In this document: positions 47,801-57,063 of the stretch, in pieces
Position numbering within the stretch: position 1 is the stretch's first letter
Layout: each line of letters opens with the position of its first letter
Source: a virus
Lineage: Duplodnaviria > Caudoviricetes
DNA: 64,000 nt
Reading direction: 5' to 3' (one strand)
IMG/VR virus record: IMGVR_UViG_3300017911_002211
Location: 5,433-69,432 of that record
Made by a program: the position numbers and the translations under genes
The notes under the pieces: model-generated
The model's database searches: none
Told to the model about the DNA's origin: nothing
The model's input: only the letters and a program-made list of their open reading frames with translations

Positions 47801-48325
47801 TCAGGATCTACGTGGACGCATCTTCAAAGTATTACACAATCTTCTCCATCAAGTAAAGATGGTTTTGGTTGGACAGTTTCATTATCGGGAAATGATGGTT
47901 ATACTTTAGCTATTGGCCAACACTATGAAACTACTAATGATGAAGGTAATTGTTGGATCTTTACAAGAGATAGTGCTGGCGGAACTTTTTCTGAACAAAA
48001 AGCTTTAAGGCCTAGTGTCACCAATACTGAAGATTTTGGTATAAATGTGAGCCTTTCAGATGATGGAAATTCAGTACTTGTAGGAGCTCAAGCAGATGAT
48101 ACAGGTGGAACTGCATTTGTATATAGAAGATCAAGCAATCAAGATTCAGATTGGACAGAAAAGAAAAAATTAGCAGCATCAGATGCTGCAGGTGATGACT
48201 ATTTTGGTTATGCAGTTTCACTGTCAGGAGACGGTTCATCTGCAATTGTTGGTGCTTGGGGTGAAGATACTAACGGAAGTCAGTCTGGTTCTGCATATAT
48301 ATTTAAAGCGCCAGATTCAGCTTAA
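44834..48325 (+). CDS. Adhesin-like virion protein with FG-GAP and (Y/W)D(V/I)STA beta-propellers
   Basis: Repeated FNxDGTKMY...YQYSLSTA(Y/W)D(V/I)STA blades interleaved with FG-GAP units. Confidence 0.82.
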   Translation: MPTADKKNFILSNGLEAEQSIKLGGTTHTSLLDSSAVVSVASESSTAKSISKTGGLLCKNYDSADLLPTSGVDSGEFGFVTSTDRLYIWNGSGWYNIALVNTTPTLSTTPDSNYSMDSVGASLSITILAADPEEVPITYTATSDSSSSFVNITQDSGVFTITPLTQAQLDSNGVGTGGTFSITFKASDGVNIAPAVSNFTLTIAFPFGIYDWTQGSQQAKIKATSGAANEYYGWDVAIDKDANTAIASVPYGNTTVAGQGEVFVYTLGSAYDWNNNSISSSNQNYSQYGAMDEIGVFDFSSDGNHVFIYGRAGSNPDHVYRYPLSTAYDVTTTSNSNVQNIDVSGQSIDGTGSAAATDGYAMKIGKNGTRLYIVDHGDNVFQWDLSTANDLTSASYGTSFDVSTQATDPSGIEFNSDGTKMYVGDEQDRTIYEYNLSTAWEVNTATYSQSRSFATAGSGGDQASNTNLVTTQRGIAFNNDGTRIYIVCNANNVVYRFDLSTAYDITTAVYNKWNGSTLIGYVALGSNNYFDLKWNPDGSKMYVGVPSDDRIRQYGTPAQWSEQQILNLNSTSNSYFGWSADIASDGDTIVAGAVSDNAGSGGRLGVFNRDSAGGTWTLDSSLSASDAADGDFLGEGCAISGDGNTIIGGAARKGSGTTRGAAYIFTKGITKYDLGSYGLTQTSSALTEDASPQGILFNADGTKMYTAGDNNDTVYQYSLSTAYDLSTISYDNVSLDISGGSLYAETNNVWGIRWNDDGTKLFAICRDRDDIVAYDLTTPYDLSTGSYNNEVFDISGQDGSGAGFSFKPDGTKMYMVGYVNDKVFQYSLSTAYDVSTASYDSASFSVASQDTTPQDVVFNPDGNKMFILGDTNNAIYQYSLSTAWDITTASYDNTSKSIVESSPRQMVFGPNGDNFFTIGRGSDKVRKYSTGGWNQQAKITPATAAVGSGSADFGKAVTITNDGNAVAIGAPGNSIASGSIQGHVEVYTRSGSTWTHLQSITQSSPSSKDGFGWTVSLSGNDGYTLAIGQHYETTNDEGNCWIFTRDSAGGTFSEQKALRPSVTNTEDFGINVSLSDDGNSVLVGAQADDTGGTAFVYRRSSNQDSDWTEKKKLAASDAAGDDYFGYAVSLSGDGSSAIVGAWGEDTNGSQSGSAYIFKAPDSA
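46870..47645 (+). repeat. Propeller-coding segment duplicated at about 51355-52145
   Basis: Long shared DNA blocks, e.g. ttatttaatgccgatggcacaaag, aaaccagatggcacaaagatgtat, tcttttagcgtagcttctca; boundaries approximate. Confidence 0.8.
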
Positions 48326-48346
48326 TAGGAATAAAGAGAGAAATAA

Positions 48347-51300
48347 ATGTCAACAGCATTTAAAAGAAAATTTAACGTTAATGGAATTGAAGTTACAGAC
48401 AACTTGAAACTCGGTGACACCACAGTTTCAAGTCTTGTAGATTCAAGTATTACTACAAGTGTTGCTACTTCTTCTTCTGTATCTCTTTCTATAGTTCAAA
48501 ACGCTGGAAACCCATCAGCAAAGATATACGACTCTGCAGAACTTTTGCCTGGGACAGAAGATTCTGGAGCCATGGCTTTAGTAACAGAAACAAATCGCTT
48601 GTATATCTGGAACGGTACCGGTTGGTATAACATTGCTTTAATTAACAATTCACCGGTTATTACAACGTCACCAGATTCAAATTATTCTATAGAATCTCCT
48701 AATTCTGCCAGTATAACTATAGCAGCCACTGATTCAGAAGGCCTTCCTATTAGTTTCACTAGCACAGCATCTGATTCTGCATCAAATTTTGTTACAATCA
48801 CACAAGATTCGAATGGTGATTCTTCCACGTTTACAGTTACAGCGTTGGCGGAAGCAACGATTATTAGCAACGGTTTTCCAACAGGTGGAACATTTACTAT
48901 CACGTTCAAAGCTTCTGATGGAGTCAATGTTGTTCCTAAGTTAAGTAATTTTACAATTACTATAGCTATAGTATATAATCCTGGAATTTCAATTGAATTG
49001 CAAAAGGTAGCTGCTGATGATGCTCAAACTGCAGATTACTATGGGTTTGACGTAGATATTTCCGGAGACGGTAATTATGCTATAGTCGGCGCGTATGGAG
49101 AAGACACTACCGCTTCTGCAGCTGGTTCAGCTTACATATTGTACAAAGCGAGTGACACTTGGACACAACAAGCGAAGATACAAGCCTCAGACGCGAGTAG
49201 CAGTGACAATTTTGGTTATAGCGTAGCAATATCAAAAGATGGTAACTATGCTATAGTTGGCGCAAAAGCGGCTCCAGCAACAGGTGCTGGTTCATCTGGA
49301 GCAGCTTATGTCTTCATAAGATCGGGCACCACTTGGACACAACAAGCAAAACTTGAAAACACTTCTACACCTGGGCCTGTCAACGGCGATTGGTTTGGCG
49401 TTAGTGTAGCTCTTTCGAGTAATGGCACCTATGCGGTGGTAGGTTCACATAATAAAACTGAAAATGGATCTGGAAGTGGAGTGGCTTATGTTTTTGTAAG
49501 ATCAAGTACAACTTGGACTTTACAACAAAAAATTTTAGGGAGTACTGTTGATGCTTCTGACTATTATGGATTTAGCGTTGATATAAACGATGATGGTGAT
49601 AGAGTTGTCGTAGGCGCTTATGGTAAATCACGTGCTTTCGCTTGGTCTAGATCCGGCACAACTTGGACCGAAACTAAAATACTTGAGCCATCACAGGCAA
49701 CCAGCTCAGAACGTTTTGGAAGAGGCGTTGCTATATCAGGAGATGGTAATACTATCGCTGTAGGCGCGTCGCGTGAAGTACATAGCAGCACTACAAGACC
49801 GGGTGCTGGATATGTTTTTGTGTATGGAGATCATAATTATGATGTCGAGAATGCAACGCACGATCATTCGTCGGCTACTTTAACCCAAGATACCAATCCT
49901 TCGGCGTGTTTATTTAATGGTGATGGGACAAAGGTGTATTTATTTGGTTATACCGGTGATAAAATATATCAATACACGCTGTCAACTGCATACGATGTTT
50001 CGTCATCTTCATTGTCATATGATGGTAGTAGCTCAGACATTACTTTATCAAATATATCAGGTGATGGTACAGGAGCGAGATGGAATAATGACGGAACCAA
50101 ATTGTTTATAATAGATAAAACTAATGATAGACTTCATCAGTATAGTTTATCTACTGCTTACGATGTAGATACAATGTCACATGACGGCTACTTTTCGCTT
50201 ACCGGATCCACTGGCGATCTTTTTGGATTTGACTTTAACAACGATGGGACAAAATTTTATGTAGTCGATAGAACTAACGATAGAGTAGATCAATACAGAA
50301 TGACAAAACCGTATGACTATACGAGCGCGGTGTATGATAGCGTAAACGTGACTGTAACGACTGATCCTTTTTCGATTGCATTTAATTCCACCGGAACTGT
50401 GTTTTTTATATCTGACGACGATGGCACTGCTAGCATATACGCGTATGAATGTGAAACCGCGTGGGATATATCAAACGCTACTCAAATATACAGCCTTAAT
50501 GTTAGTGGCCAAGAAATATATCCAAAACAGATAACTTTCAATCCTGACGGAAGTAAAATGTTTTTGGTTGGAAACGATAGTGATCAAATTCAAAGATATG
50601 ATACGCAAACAGCCAATACTTGGTATCAACAAGTTCGTGTCATAGCATCAAATAGTCCTAGGTATGGTGCTGAACTTGGTAATAAGGCCGCGATAACAAG
50701 CAATGGCAATCAAGTGTATTTTACTGCGGATAGAGATCAGACCGCTGGTGGCGTTGACAATGCAGGTGCCACATACGCATACACAAGAGTCGGTTCAAAC
50801 TGGGCCGAGTCTAACATACTGTATGCGAGCAATCGTAAACAGTCACAACATTTTGGAGACGGAATAGCAGTTACTGCGGCCGGCCAATATGTATTAGTAG
50901 GTTCCGGTAGAGAAGACCAAGGTGGCAATATAAATAATGACTATGGCGCAGTTTACTTCTTTGAAAATTTCGAAAAACCCGACTTTGTTTGGAACAATAG
51001 GCGTGAACAAATTCAATTACAAAGTTCTGACGCCGCGTCCAGTGATTATTTTGGTTGGTCAACACACTTATCAACTGACGGAAATGTAGGTGCGGTTGGA
51101 GCTCCAAATGAAAATTCAAGTGATGGTGCTTTATACGTTTTTAGTAGAAGCGCAGGTACATGGTCACAAGCAGCAAATCTAAATGCGAGTGATGAAACGT
51201 CAACCGATGACGCACAAATGGGAATTAGTTGTTCCGTGTCCGGTGATGGTAAGTATGCGGTTGCAGGCGCTCCTTATGCAAGGTCGTCTCTAGCAACTTT

Positions 51301-53797
51301 AGATGTCGGCGCGGCCTACGTGTTTAATGATAGTAAATATAATATAGGAGCTTCTTCTCTCGTTCACTCATCAGCTGCAATAAGTGAAGATACTTTCCCT
51401 AATGGACTTTTATTTAATGCCGATGGCACAAAGGCGTATATTGCAGGTGATACCAATGACAGTGTTTTTCAATATTCGTTGTCTACAGCCTTTGATGTTA
51501 CAAGTTCATCAATGTCATACGACAACGTATCTTTAGATATTTCAGGTGGAGATATATATTCTGAAACAAACAATGTTTGGGGAATGCGTTGGAATGATGA
51601 CGGAACTAAGCTATTTGTCGTATGCCGTGATCGAGACGATGTAGTCGCATATGATTTAACTACAGCTTATGATATAAGTACTGGATCTTATAACAATGAA
51701 GTACTTGATGTTAGTAGTCAAGACGGCAATCCCGCAGGTCTTTTCTTTAAACCAGATGGCACAAAGATGTATCTAGTTGGCTATTCAAACGATAGTGTCT
51801 ATCAATACACGTTGTCAACTGCATACGATGTTTCAACCGCGTCATACGATAGCGTATCTTTTAGCGTAGCTTCTCAAGATACAACTCCAGATGATGTTGC
51901 TTTTACTCCAGATGGAACTAGAATGTTTATTGTTGGAGACACTAATAACGGAGTTTATCAGTATTCGTTATCAACCGCATGGGACGTAAGCACGGCTCAA
52001 TACGATGGTATATCATATACTGATCTGAATGAAGGTTCGCCTAGGCAGATTGTTTTCGATAATGATGGATCACATTATTTTATTATAGGACGATCCAGTG
52101 ATAGAATCAGAAAAATTAGTTGTTCAGGGTGGGCGCAATTGGCTAAATTAGACAATCAAACCAGCCAAGTTAATGATGATAAGTTGGGAATGGATGTCGA
52201 TATAACAAACGATGGCGAGTATGTCATAGCTGGAGATCCCGGTAGAGGAAGCAGTGGCGTAGCTTGGATATTTAAAAAGTATGGCACTGGTTACGCTGGA
52301 TACACAACTACTCCACAAACTTATCTAGAAGCTAGTGACGCATCATCAAGGACAAATTCTGAAGCTGGAAATGCTGTCGCTATAAACAAAGACGATGGCA
52401 CTATAGCTTTAGTGGGAGCTCCTAACTATTATAGCGGGCGTGGCGCTGTGTGGGTATACTCAAGGTCAGGTTCAACTTGGACAGAAATAAGTAAAATTCA
52501 GCACGAAGTGAATGATCAAAGTAGCAGTGACAAGTTTGGAGTATCAGTTGGTCTATCTGCAGACGGAAATACTGCAATAGTAGGGGCGCATCAATACGAT
52601 CTTCCTTCTAAATCTAACTCTGGAAGCGCGTTTGTTTATGAAAAGCAGACCGCTGGCTATAGCCTTTATAACATGTCTTATGACAGCGTTGCATCCGATT
52701 CAATTAATTCACAAGAATCATCTCCTACAAGTATACTATTTAATAACGACGGAACTAAAGTATACATTTTAGGGTATACTAGCGATCGCATTCATCAGTA
52801 CAGTTTGTCAACTCCATACGACATCACGTCATCTTCAATGTCATATGATGATGTGTCGTACGATTTTACTGAAACTGGTATACCTCAAGAGATGAAATGG
52901 AACGATGATGGAACTAAAATATTTGTTTGCGACAGAAGCGATAGATACATATTCGAATATAATTTAAGCACTGCTTATGACGTAAGTACTATATCATACA
53001 GTAACAATAGCTATTATATATCTCAGTCAACCCTCCCACAGGGATTTGATTTCAACGGCGACGGAACAAAAATGTTTGTTGCATGCGATGGTACTGATTA
53101 TATTTATCAATACTCGTTAAGCACGGCTTACAGTCTCGCTAGTGTGACATACGACAACGTATATTTTAATCATTCTAGTCAAACCAGTGGCGCTAGCGGT
53201 CTTATTTTTTCGCCTGATGGCAAAAAATTATTTATAGTTTCAGATAGTAGTAATAAAGTTTGGGAATATCATTTACCTGTCGCATATGATTTAAGCACTA
53301 TGTATCATGCGACTGAACCATCATACGGAATTCTTGTAAGCAGTCAAGACTCTGGACCAAACGGTATAGCTTTTAACGCCGATGGCACAAAAATGTTTAT
53401 TGTTGGTATGAGTACTGATAAGATTTATAGGTATTCCACCGGTGGAGTATCATGGATTCGAAGTGCTTCGGGTTGGCTGCAGCCTGATGATATAGCAGCT
53501 AGTGATTATTTTGGTGAATATGTCGCTATATCTGACGATGGTAAAACTGTAACTGCCGCTTCCAGACAGTGGAGTAGTAAAAAAGGTAAATTTTATATAT
53601 GGCAAAAAGCAAGTGATGGCAGCTGGCAGCAGATGGGTGATAACATACAGGCTTCTAACGCTGGCACCGATGATCAGTTTGGTAGAGGACTATCAATATC
53701 TGGTGATGGAGGAACCATATTATCAGGAGCAAATCAAGAAGATACTACAGCCGGTGACGCGGGTTCAGCTTATGTTTTTATAACTACGCACGATTAA
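48347..53797 (+). CDS. Largest adhesin-like virion protein (1816 aa) with FG-GAP and (Y/W)D(V/I)STA propellers
   Basis: Three blocks of DGTK..YxLSTAYD repeats and multiple FG-GAP repeats; same N-terminal adaptor as the two preceding genes. Confidence 0.82.
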   Translation: MSTAFKRKFNVNGIEVTDNLKLGDTTVSSLVDSSITTSVATSSSVSLSIVQNAGNPSAKIYDSAELLPGTEDSGAMALVTETNRLYIWNGTGWYNIALINNSPVITTSPDSNYSIESPNSASITIAATDSEGLPISFTSTASDSASNFVTITQDSNGDSSTFTVTALAEATIISNGFPTGGTFTITFKASDGVNVVPKLSNFTITIAIVYNPGISIELQKVAADDAQTADYYGFDVDISGDGNYAIVGAYGEDTTASAAGSAYILYKASDTWTQQAKIQASDASSSDNFGYSVAISKDGNYAIVGAKAAPATGAGSSGAAYVFIRSGTTWTQQAKLENTSTPGPVNGDWFGVSVALSSNGTYAVVGSHNKTENGSGSGVAYVFVRSSTTWTLQQKILGSTVDASDYYGFSVDINDDGDRVVVGAYGKSRAFAWSRSGTTWTETKILEPSQATSSERFGRGVAISGDGNTIAVGASREVHSSTTRPGAGYVFVYGDHNYDVENATHDHSSATLTQDTNPSACLFNGDGTKVYLFGYTGDKIYQYTLSTAYDVSSSSLSYDGSSSDITLSNISGDGTGARWNNDGTKLFIIDKTNDRLHQYSLSTAYDVDTMSHDGYFSLTGSTGDLFGFDFNNDGTKFYVVDRTNDRVDQYRMTKPYDYTSAVYDSVNVTVTTDPFSIAFNSTGTVFFISDDDGTASIYAYECETAWDISNATQIYSLNVSGQEIYPKQITFNPDGSKMFLVGNDSDQIQRYDTQTANTWYQQVRVIASNSPRYGAELGNKAAITSNGNQVYFTADRDQTAGGVDNAGATYAYTRVGSNWAESNILYASNRKQSQHFGDGIAVTAAGQYVLVGSGREDQGGNINNDYGAVYFFENFEKPDFVWNNRREQIQLQSSDAASSDYFGWSTHLSTDGNVGAVGAPNENSSDGALYVFSRSAGTWSQAANLNASDETSTDDAQMGISCSVSGDGKYAVAGAPYARSSLATLDVGAAYVFNDSKYNIGASSLVHSSAAISEDTFPNGLLFNADGTKAYIAGDTNDSVFQYSLSTAFDVTSSSMSYDNVSLDISGGDIYSETNNVWGMRWNDDGTKLFVVCRDRDDVVAYDLTTAYDISTGSYNNEVLDVSSQDGNPAGLFFKPDGTKMYLVGYSNDSVYQYTLSTAYDVSTASYDSVSFSVASQDTTPDDVAFTPDGTRMFIVGDTNNGVYQYSLSTAWDVSTAQYDGISYTDLNEGSPRQIVFDNDGSHYFIIGRSSDRIRKISCSGWAQLAKLDNQTSQVNDDKLGMDVDITNDGEYVIAGDPGRGSSGVAWIFKKYGTGYAGYTTTPQTYLEASDASSRTNSEAGNAVAINKDDGTIALVGAPNYYSGRGAVWVYSRSGSTWTEISKIQHEVNDQSSSDKFGVSVGLSADGNTAIVGAHQYDLPSKSNSGSAFVYEKQTAGYSLYNMSYDSVASDSINSQESSPTSILFNNDGTKVYILGYTSDRIHQYSLSTPYDITSSSMSYDDVSYDFTETGIPQEMKWNDDGTKIFVCDRSDRYIFEYNLSTAYDVSTISYSNNSYYISQSTLPQGFDFNGDGTKMFVACDGTDYIYQYSLSTAYSLASVTYDNVYFNHSSQTSGASGLIFSPDGKKLFIVSDSSNKVWEYHLPVAYDLSTMYHATEPSYGILVSSQDSGPNGIAFNADGTKMFIVGMSTDKIYRYSTGGVSWIRSASGWLQPDDIAASDYFGEYVAISDDGKTVTAASRQWSSKKGKFYIWQKASDGSWQQMGDNIQASNAGTDDQFGRGLSISGDGGTILSGANQEDTTAGDAGSAYVFITTHD

Positions 53798-53818
53798 ATA
53801 TGATGAAGGATAAAAGTA

Positions 53819-53826
53819 TATAAATA
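53819..53826 (+). promoter_or_regulatory. Late promoter TATAAATA upstream of gp13
   Basis: Exact consensus in the intergenic gap. Confidence 0.78.
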
Positions 53827-53844
53827 GTATAAAAGGATTTTAAA

Positions 53845-54600
53845 ATGGCAGCTCCTACATCACGCGCAACTCTTATAGATTATTGCAAAAGACGTCTAGG
53901 CGAACCAGTTATCGAAATCAATGTAGATGAAGATCAATTGGAAGACCGAGTAGACGAGGCCTTACAGTATTATCGTGAATATCATTCGGACGCTACGGTA
54001 AGAACCTATCTTAAACATCAAGTTACAGCAACAGATGTAGCTAATGAGTATATTACACTAGCAAGTAATATCATATTTGTTTCTAAAATGTTTCCTTTAA
54101 CAAGTTCATTTAATAATTCTAGAAACTTTTTTGACATTAAGTATCAAATGATGTTAAATGACATTGCTGATCTTATGAATTTTGCAGGTGATCTTGCATA
54201 CTATGAGCAAATGCAACAATATCTATCATTATTAGACATGAAATTAAACGGTCACCCGCAAGTTCAGTTTTCAAGAAGACAAAATAGATTATATATCTTT
54301 GGAGATTTTGCAGATGGTGATATTAAAGAAGGAGATTATATCGTTGCAGAGGTTTACACAGAGATAAGTGACAGCGATCACACTTCAATATTTAATGACA
54401 TGTTTGTCAAAGAATATACAACTGCTTTAATTAAACAGCAGTGGGGAGCAAACTTAATTAAGTTTGAAGGCATGCAACTACCAGGGGGAGTCGTTTTAAA
54501 CGGAAGACAGATATATGATGATGCAACTGCAGAGATTGCAACTCTTAGAGAGAATATAAGACTAGAACATGAATTTCCACCAGACTTTTTCGTAGGATGA
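53845..54600 (+). CDS. gp13: Neck protein
   Basis: LIDYCKRRLGEPVIEINVDEDQLEDRVDEALQYY, ALIKQQWGANLIKFEGMQLPGGV.LNG. Confidence 0.95.
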   Translation: MAAPTSRATLIDYCKRRLGEPVIEINVDEDQLEDRVDEALQYYREYHSDATVRTYLKHQVTATDVANEYITLASNIIFVSKMFPLTSSFNNSRNFFDIKYQMMLNDIADLMNFAGDLAYYEQMQQYLSLLDMKLNGHPQVQFSRRQNRLYIFGDFADGDIKEGDYIVAEVYTEISDSDHTSIFNDMFVKEYTTALIKQQWGANLIKFEGMQLPGGVVLNGRQIYDDATAEIATLRENIRLEHEFPPDFFVG

Positions 54601-54601
54601 G

Positions 54602-55483
54602 ATGGCTACTAATTTTTATTTTAACCAAAAAGTACGATCAGAGCAAAACCTTTATGAAGATATAGTCATTGAGGCACTTAAAGCCTATGGTCAAGACGTA
54701 TTTTATTTACCTCGAGATTTAGTAAATGAAGACAAGATATTAGGAGATGATCCTGTATCAAGTTTTAACTCGTCTTATCAAATTGAAATGTATATTGAAA
54801 ATACAGAAGGTTTTGAAGGCGAAGGAGATCTCTTTACAAGGTTTGGTGTAGAGATTAGAGATGAAGCCACCTTCGTAGTATCAAGAAGAAGATGGGCTTC
54901 CACTGTACAAAGATACGACAACGAGATCACAACAGTAAGACCAGCTGAAGGCGACTTGATATATTTACCATTAAGTAAAAAGTTTTTTCAAATATCTCAC
55001 GTAGAGCATGAACAACCATTCTACCAGTTAAGCAACTTACCGGTATTTAAGTTAAGATGTCAGTTATTCGAATACAGTGGCGAACAAATGGATACTGGTC
55101 GAGATGTATTAGACAACTTAGAAGGTGCGTATGCGTACAAATATGTCTTATCATTAACTAATTTAACCGGTGATCCATTTAAAGTTGGTGAGGTAATTAC
55201 TTCTCCAAGTGGCGATACAACAATGAGAGGCGAAGTTGTTAAGTTTTCTGATTCAGACAACAAGCTTCATCTTGTTCATGTTGGTGCAGATGACGGTAAG
55301 TACCACACATTTGTTGACAGCGCAACCGTAACAGGATTAACAACTAATGGTCAAGGTGTCATATCTCTTATAGTAGAAGAAAATCAATTATCTCAAAATG
55401 AACAAAATACAGATTTTTCAACAGGTACAGACTTCATTGATTTCAGCGAGTCTAATCCATTCGGCGATGTGAGTAATAACTAA
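54602..55483 (+). CDS. gp14: Neck protein / head closure
   Basis: EQNLYEDIVIE.LK.YG.DVFYLPR, EGEGDLFTRFGVEIRDE, PAEGDLIYLP, PFYQL, FSESNPFG. Confidence 0.95.
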   Translation: MATNFYFNQKVRSEQNLYEDIVIEALKAYGQDVFYLPRDLVNEDKILGDDPVSSFNSSYQIEMYIENTEGFEGEGDLFTRFGVEIRDEATFVVSRRRWASTVQRYDNEITTVRPAEGDLIYLPLSKKFFQISHVEHEQPFYQLSNLPVFKLRCQLFEYSGEQMDTGRDVLDNLEGAYAYKYVLSLTNLTGDPFKVGEVITSPSGDTTMRGEVVKFSDSDNKLHLVHVGADDGKYHTFVDSATVTGLTTNGQGVISLIVEENQLSQNEQNTDFSTGTDFIDFSESNPFGDVSNN

Positions 55484-56274
55484 TGTTTGGCGGTCACTTC
55501 TATCATGCAAAAACTAAAAAAGCTGTAGCATTATTTGGCAGGCTTTTTAATAACATATACGTTATTCGCAAAAATTCTTCAGGTGCTGTTATCAGTCAAC
55601 TCAAAGTTCCGTTATCTTATGCACCAAAACAAAAATATTTAGAAAGAGTTAGAGAGAATCCAAATCTTTCTGAGGATCAACAGGTTGCAATCAAGTTACC
55701 AAGAATGTCATTTGAGATTACTTCAATCGCTTATGACGCTCAAAGACAGTTAACAAAAGTAGGCAACTTTACTACAAATTCTTCGACTGGTGAGAATACT
55801 AAAAGACAAAAGTTTTTTACACCAGTTCCTTATTCAATAAATTTTCAGTTAAATGCGTATGCTAAGTCACAAGACGATGCTCTGCAGATTGTTGAACAAA
55901 TACTTCCAACGTTCAACCCACAATACGCTTTAACTATAAAACCATTTGCTAATGAATATCCGACTTTTAAAGAAGACATACAGGTTATAATACAAGGTGT
56001 TTCTTTTTCGGACGATTTCGAAGGAGCGATGGAACAAAGACGCACAATTATATACAGCATGGACTTTGAGATGAAGATAAGTTATCATGGTCCGATTGCT
56101 GATAAGAGTATCATTCGTCAGGCTGATGCAAAAGTTTTCAATATGGATGCTGGACTGAATGACTCTGACATAGGATTAGAGACAATAAGAGTTACTCCTA
56201 ATCCTACCGATATTATAGGTCTGGACGATAGTACGTTTGGATTCTCAACAACAATCTTAGATAGCGCGAGTTAA
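55483..56274 (+). CDS. gp15: Tail sheath stabiliser / completion protein
   Basis: FYH...KKAVALFGRLFNNI, KVPLSYAPKQK, LPRMSFEIT, PVPY, QIVEQILPTFNP. Confidence 0.95.
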   Translation: MFGGHFYHAKTKKAVALFGRLFNNIYVIRKNSSGAVISQLKVPLSYAPKQKYLERVRENPNLSEDQQVAIKLPRMSFEITSIAYDAQRQLTKVGNFTTNSSTGENTKRQKFFTPVPYSINFQLNAYAKSQDDALQIVEQILPTFNPQYALTIKPFANEYPTFKEDIQVIIQGVSFSDDFEGAMEQRRTIIYSMDFEMKISYHGPIADKSIIRQADAKVFNMDAGLNDSDIGLETIRVTPNPTDIIGLDDSTFGFSTTILDSAS

Positions 56275-56276
56275 AT

Positions 56277-56693
56277 ATGTATGAGTATAGATGTAAAGTG
56301 GTAAAAGTAATTGACGGTGATACTGTTGATGTAGATATTGATTTAGGGTTTGGTGTATGGTTACATAAAGAACGTGTAAGAATGTTTGGTATCGACACTC
56401 CAGAATCAAGAACTAGAGACTTAGAAGAAAAAAAATACGGATTGGCTGCAAAGAAATTTTTAACAGGTATGTTAGATGACGAAGGTGGCATAATACTGAA
56501 GACACATAAAGATCAAACCGGTAAGTTTGGTAGAATACTTGGTGAATTATGGAGAACAACCAATTACGCAGATCAGTCTATAAATAATTATATGATTGAC
56601 AAACACCATGCAGTAATGTATTTAGGTCAATCTAAAGAAGATATTCAGGAACAACATATTAAAAATCGAGAGTTTGTTACATTAGATGAGTGA
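56277..56693 (+). CDS. Thermonuclease (staphylococcal nuclease-like) family protein
   Basis: KVIDGDTVD, RVRMFGIDTPESRT, GKFGRILG catalytic motifs. Confidence 0.88.
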   Translation: MYEYRCKVVKVIDGDTVDVDIDLGFGVWLHKERVRMFGIDTPESRTRDLEEKKYGLAAKKFLTGMLDDEGGIILKTHKDQTGKFGRILGELWRTTNYADQSINNYMIDKHHAVMYLGQSKEDIQEQHIKNREFVTLDE

Positions 56694-57063
56694 TAAAAAA
56701 GAAATGGAAAAGTTTTTTCCGCCTGAAGAAAAAAATATTGATAATGATTATAAGTATTCTCGCGATACTTATTATGAGTTAGTTGAAAAAGGAAAACAGA
56801 GTTTAGAACTTATGATTGAGGTTGCAAGAGAAAGTGAGCATCCTCGAGCTTTTGAAGTTTTATCTGGAATGATTAAAAATATTTCAGACGTAAACGATAG
56901 ATTAATGGACTTAAACAAGAAAAAGAAAGACATTGACAAGAAAGACGAAGTTAAAAAGATTGCAAATACAACAAATAATCTTTTCGTTGGTTCCACTACT
57001 GAGCTACAAAAGCTTCTTAAGAATGAATCGGAAATAGTAAATGTCACTCCAAAACCAGAATGA
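56686..57063 (+). CDS. gp16: Terminase small subunit
   Basis: DYKYSRDTYYELVEKG..L...A.ESEHPRAFEV, NNLFVGSTTELQK.L. Confidence 0.93.
   Translation: MSDKKEMEKFFPPEEKNIDNDYKYSRDTYYELVEKGKQSLELMIEVARESEHPRAFEVLSGMIKNISDVNDRLMDLNKKKKDIDKKDEVKKIANTTNNLFVGSTTELQKLLKNESEIVNVTPKPE

Noticed and set aside
46870-52145. Diversity-generating retroelement (duplicated segment, and an Mtd-like N-terminus at 39040)
   Set aside because: Differences between copies are spread over all bases and largely at third codon positions, not adenine-specific; both copies are in-frame parts of genes; no reverse transcriptase in the window
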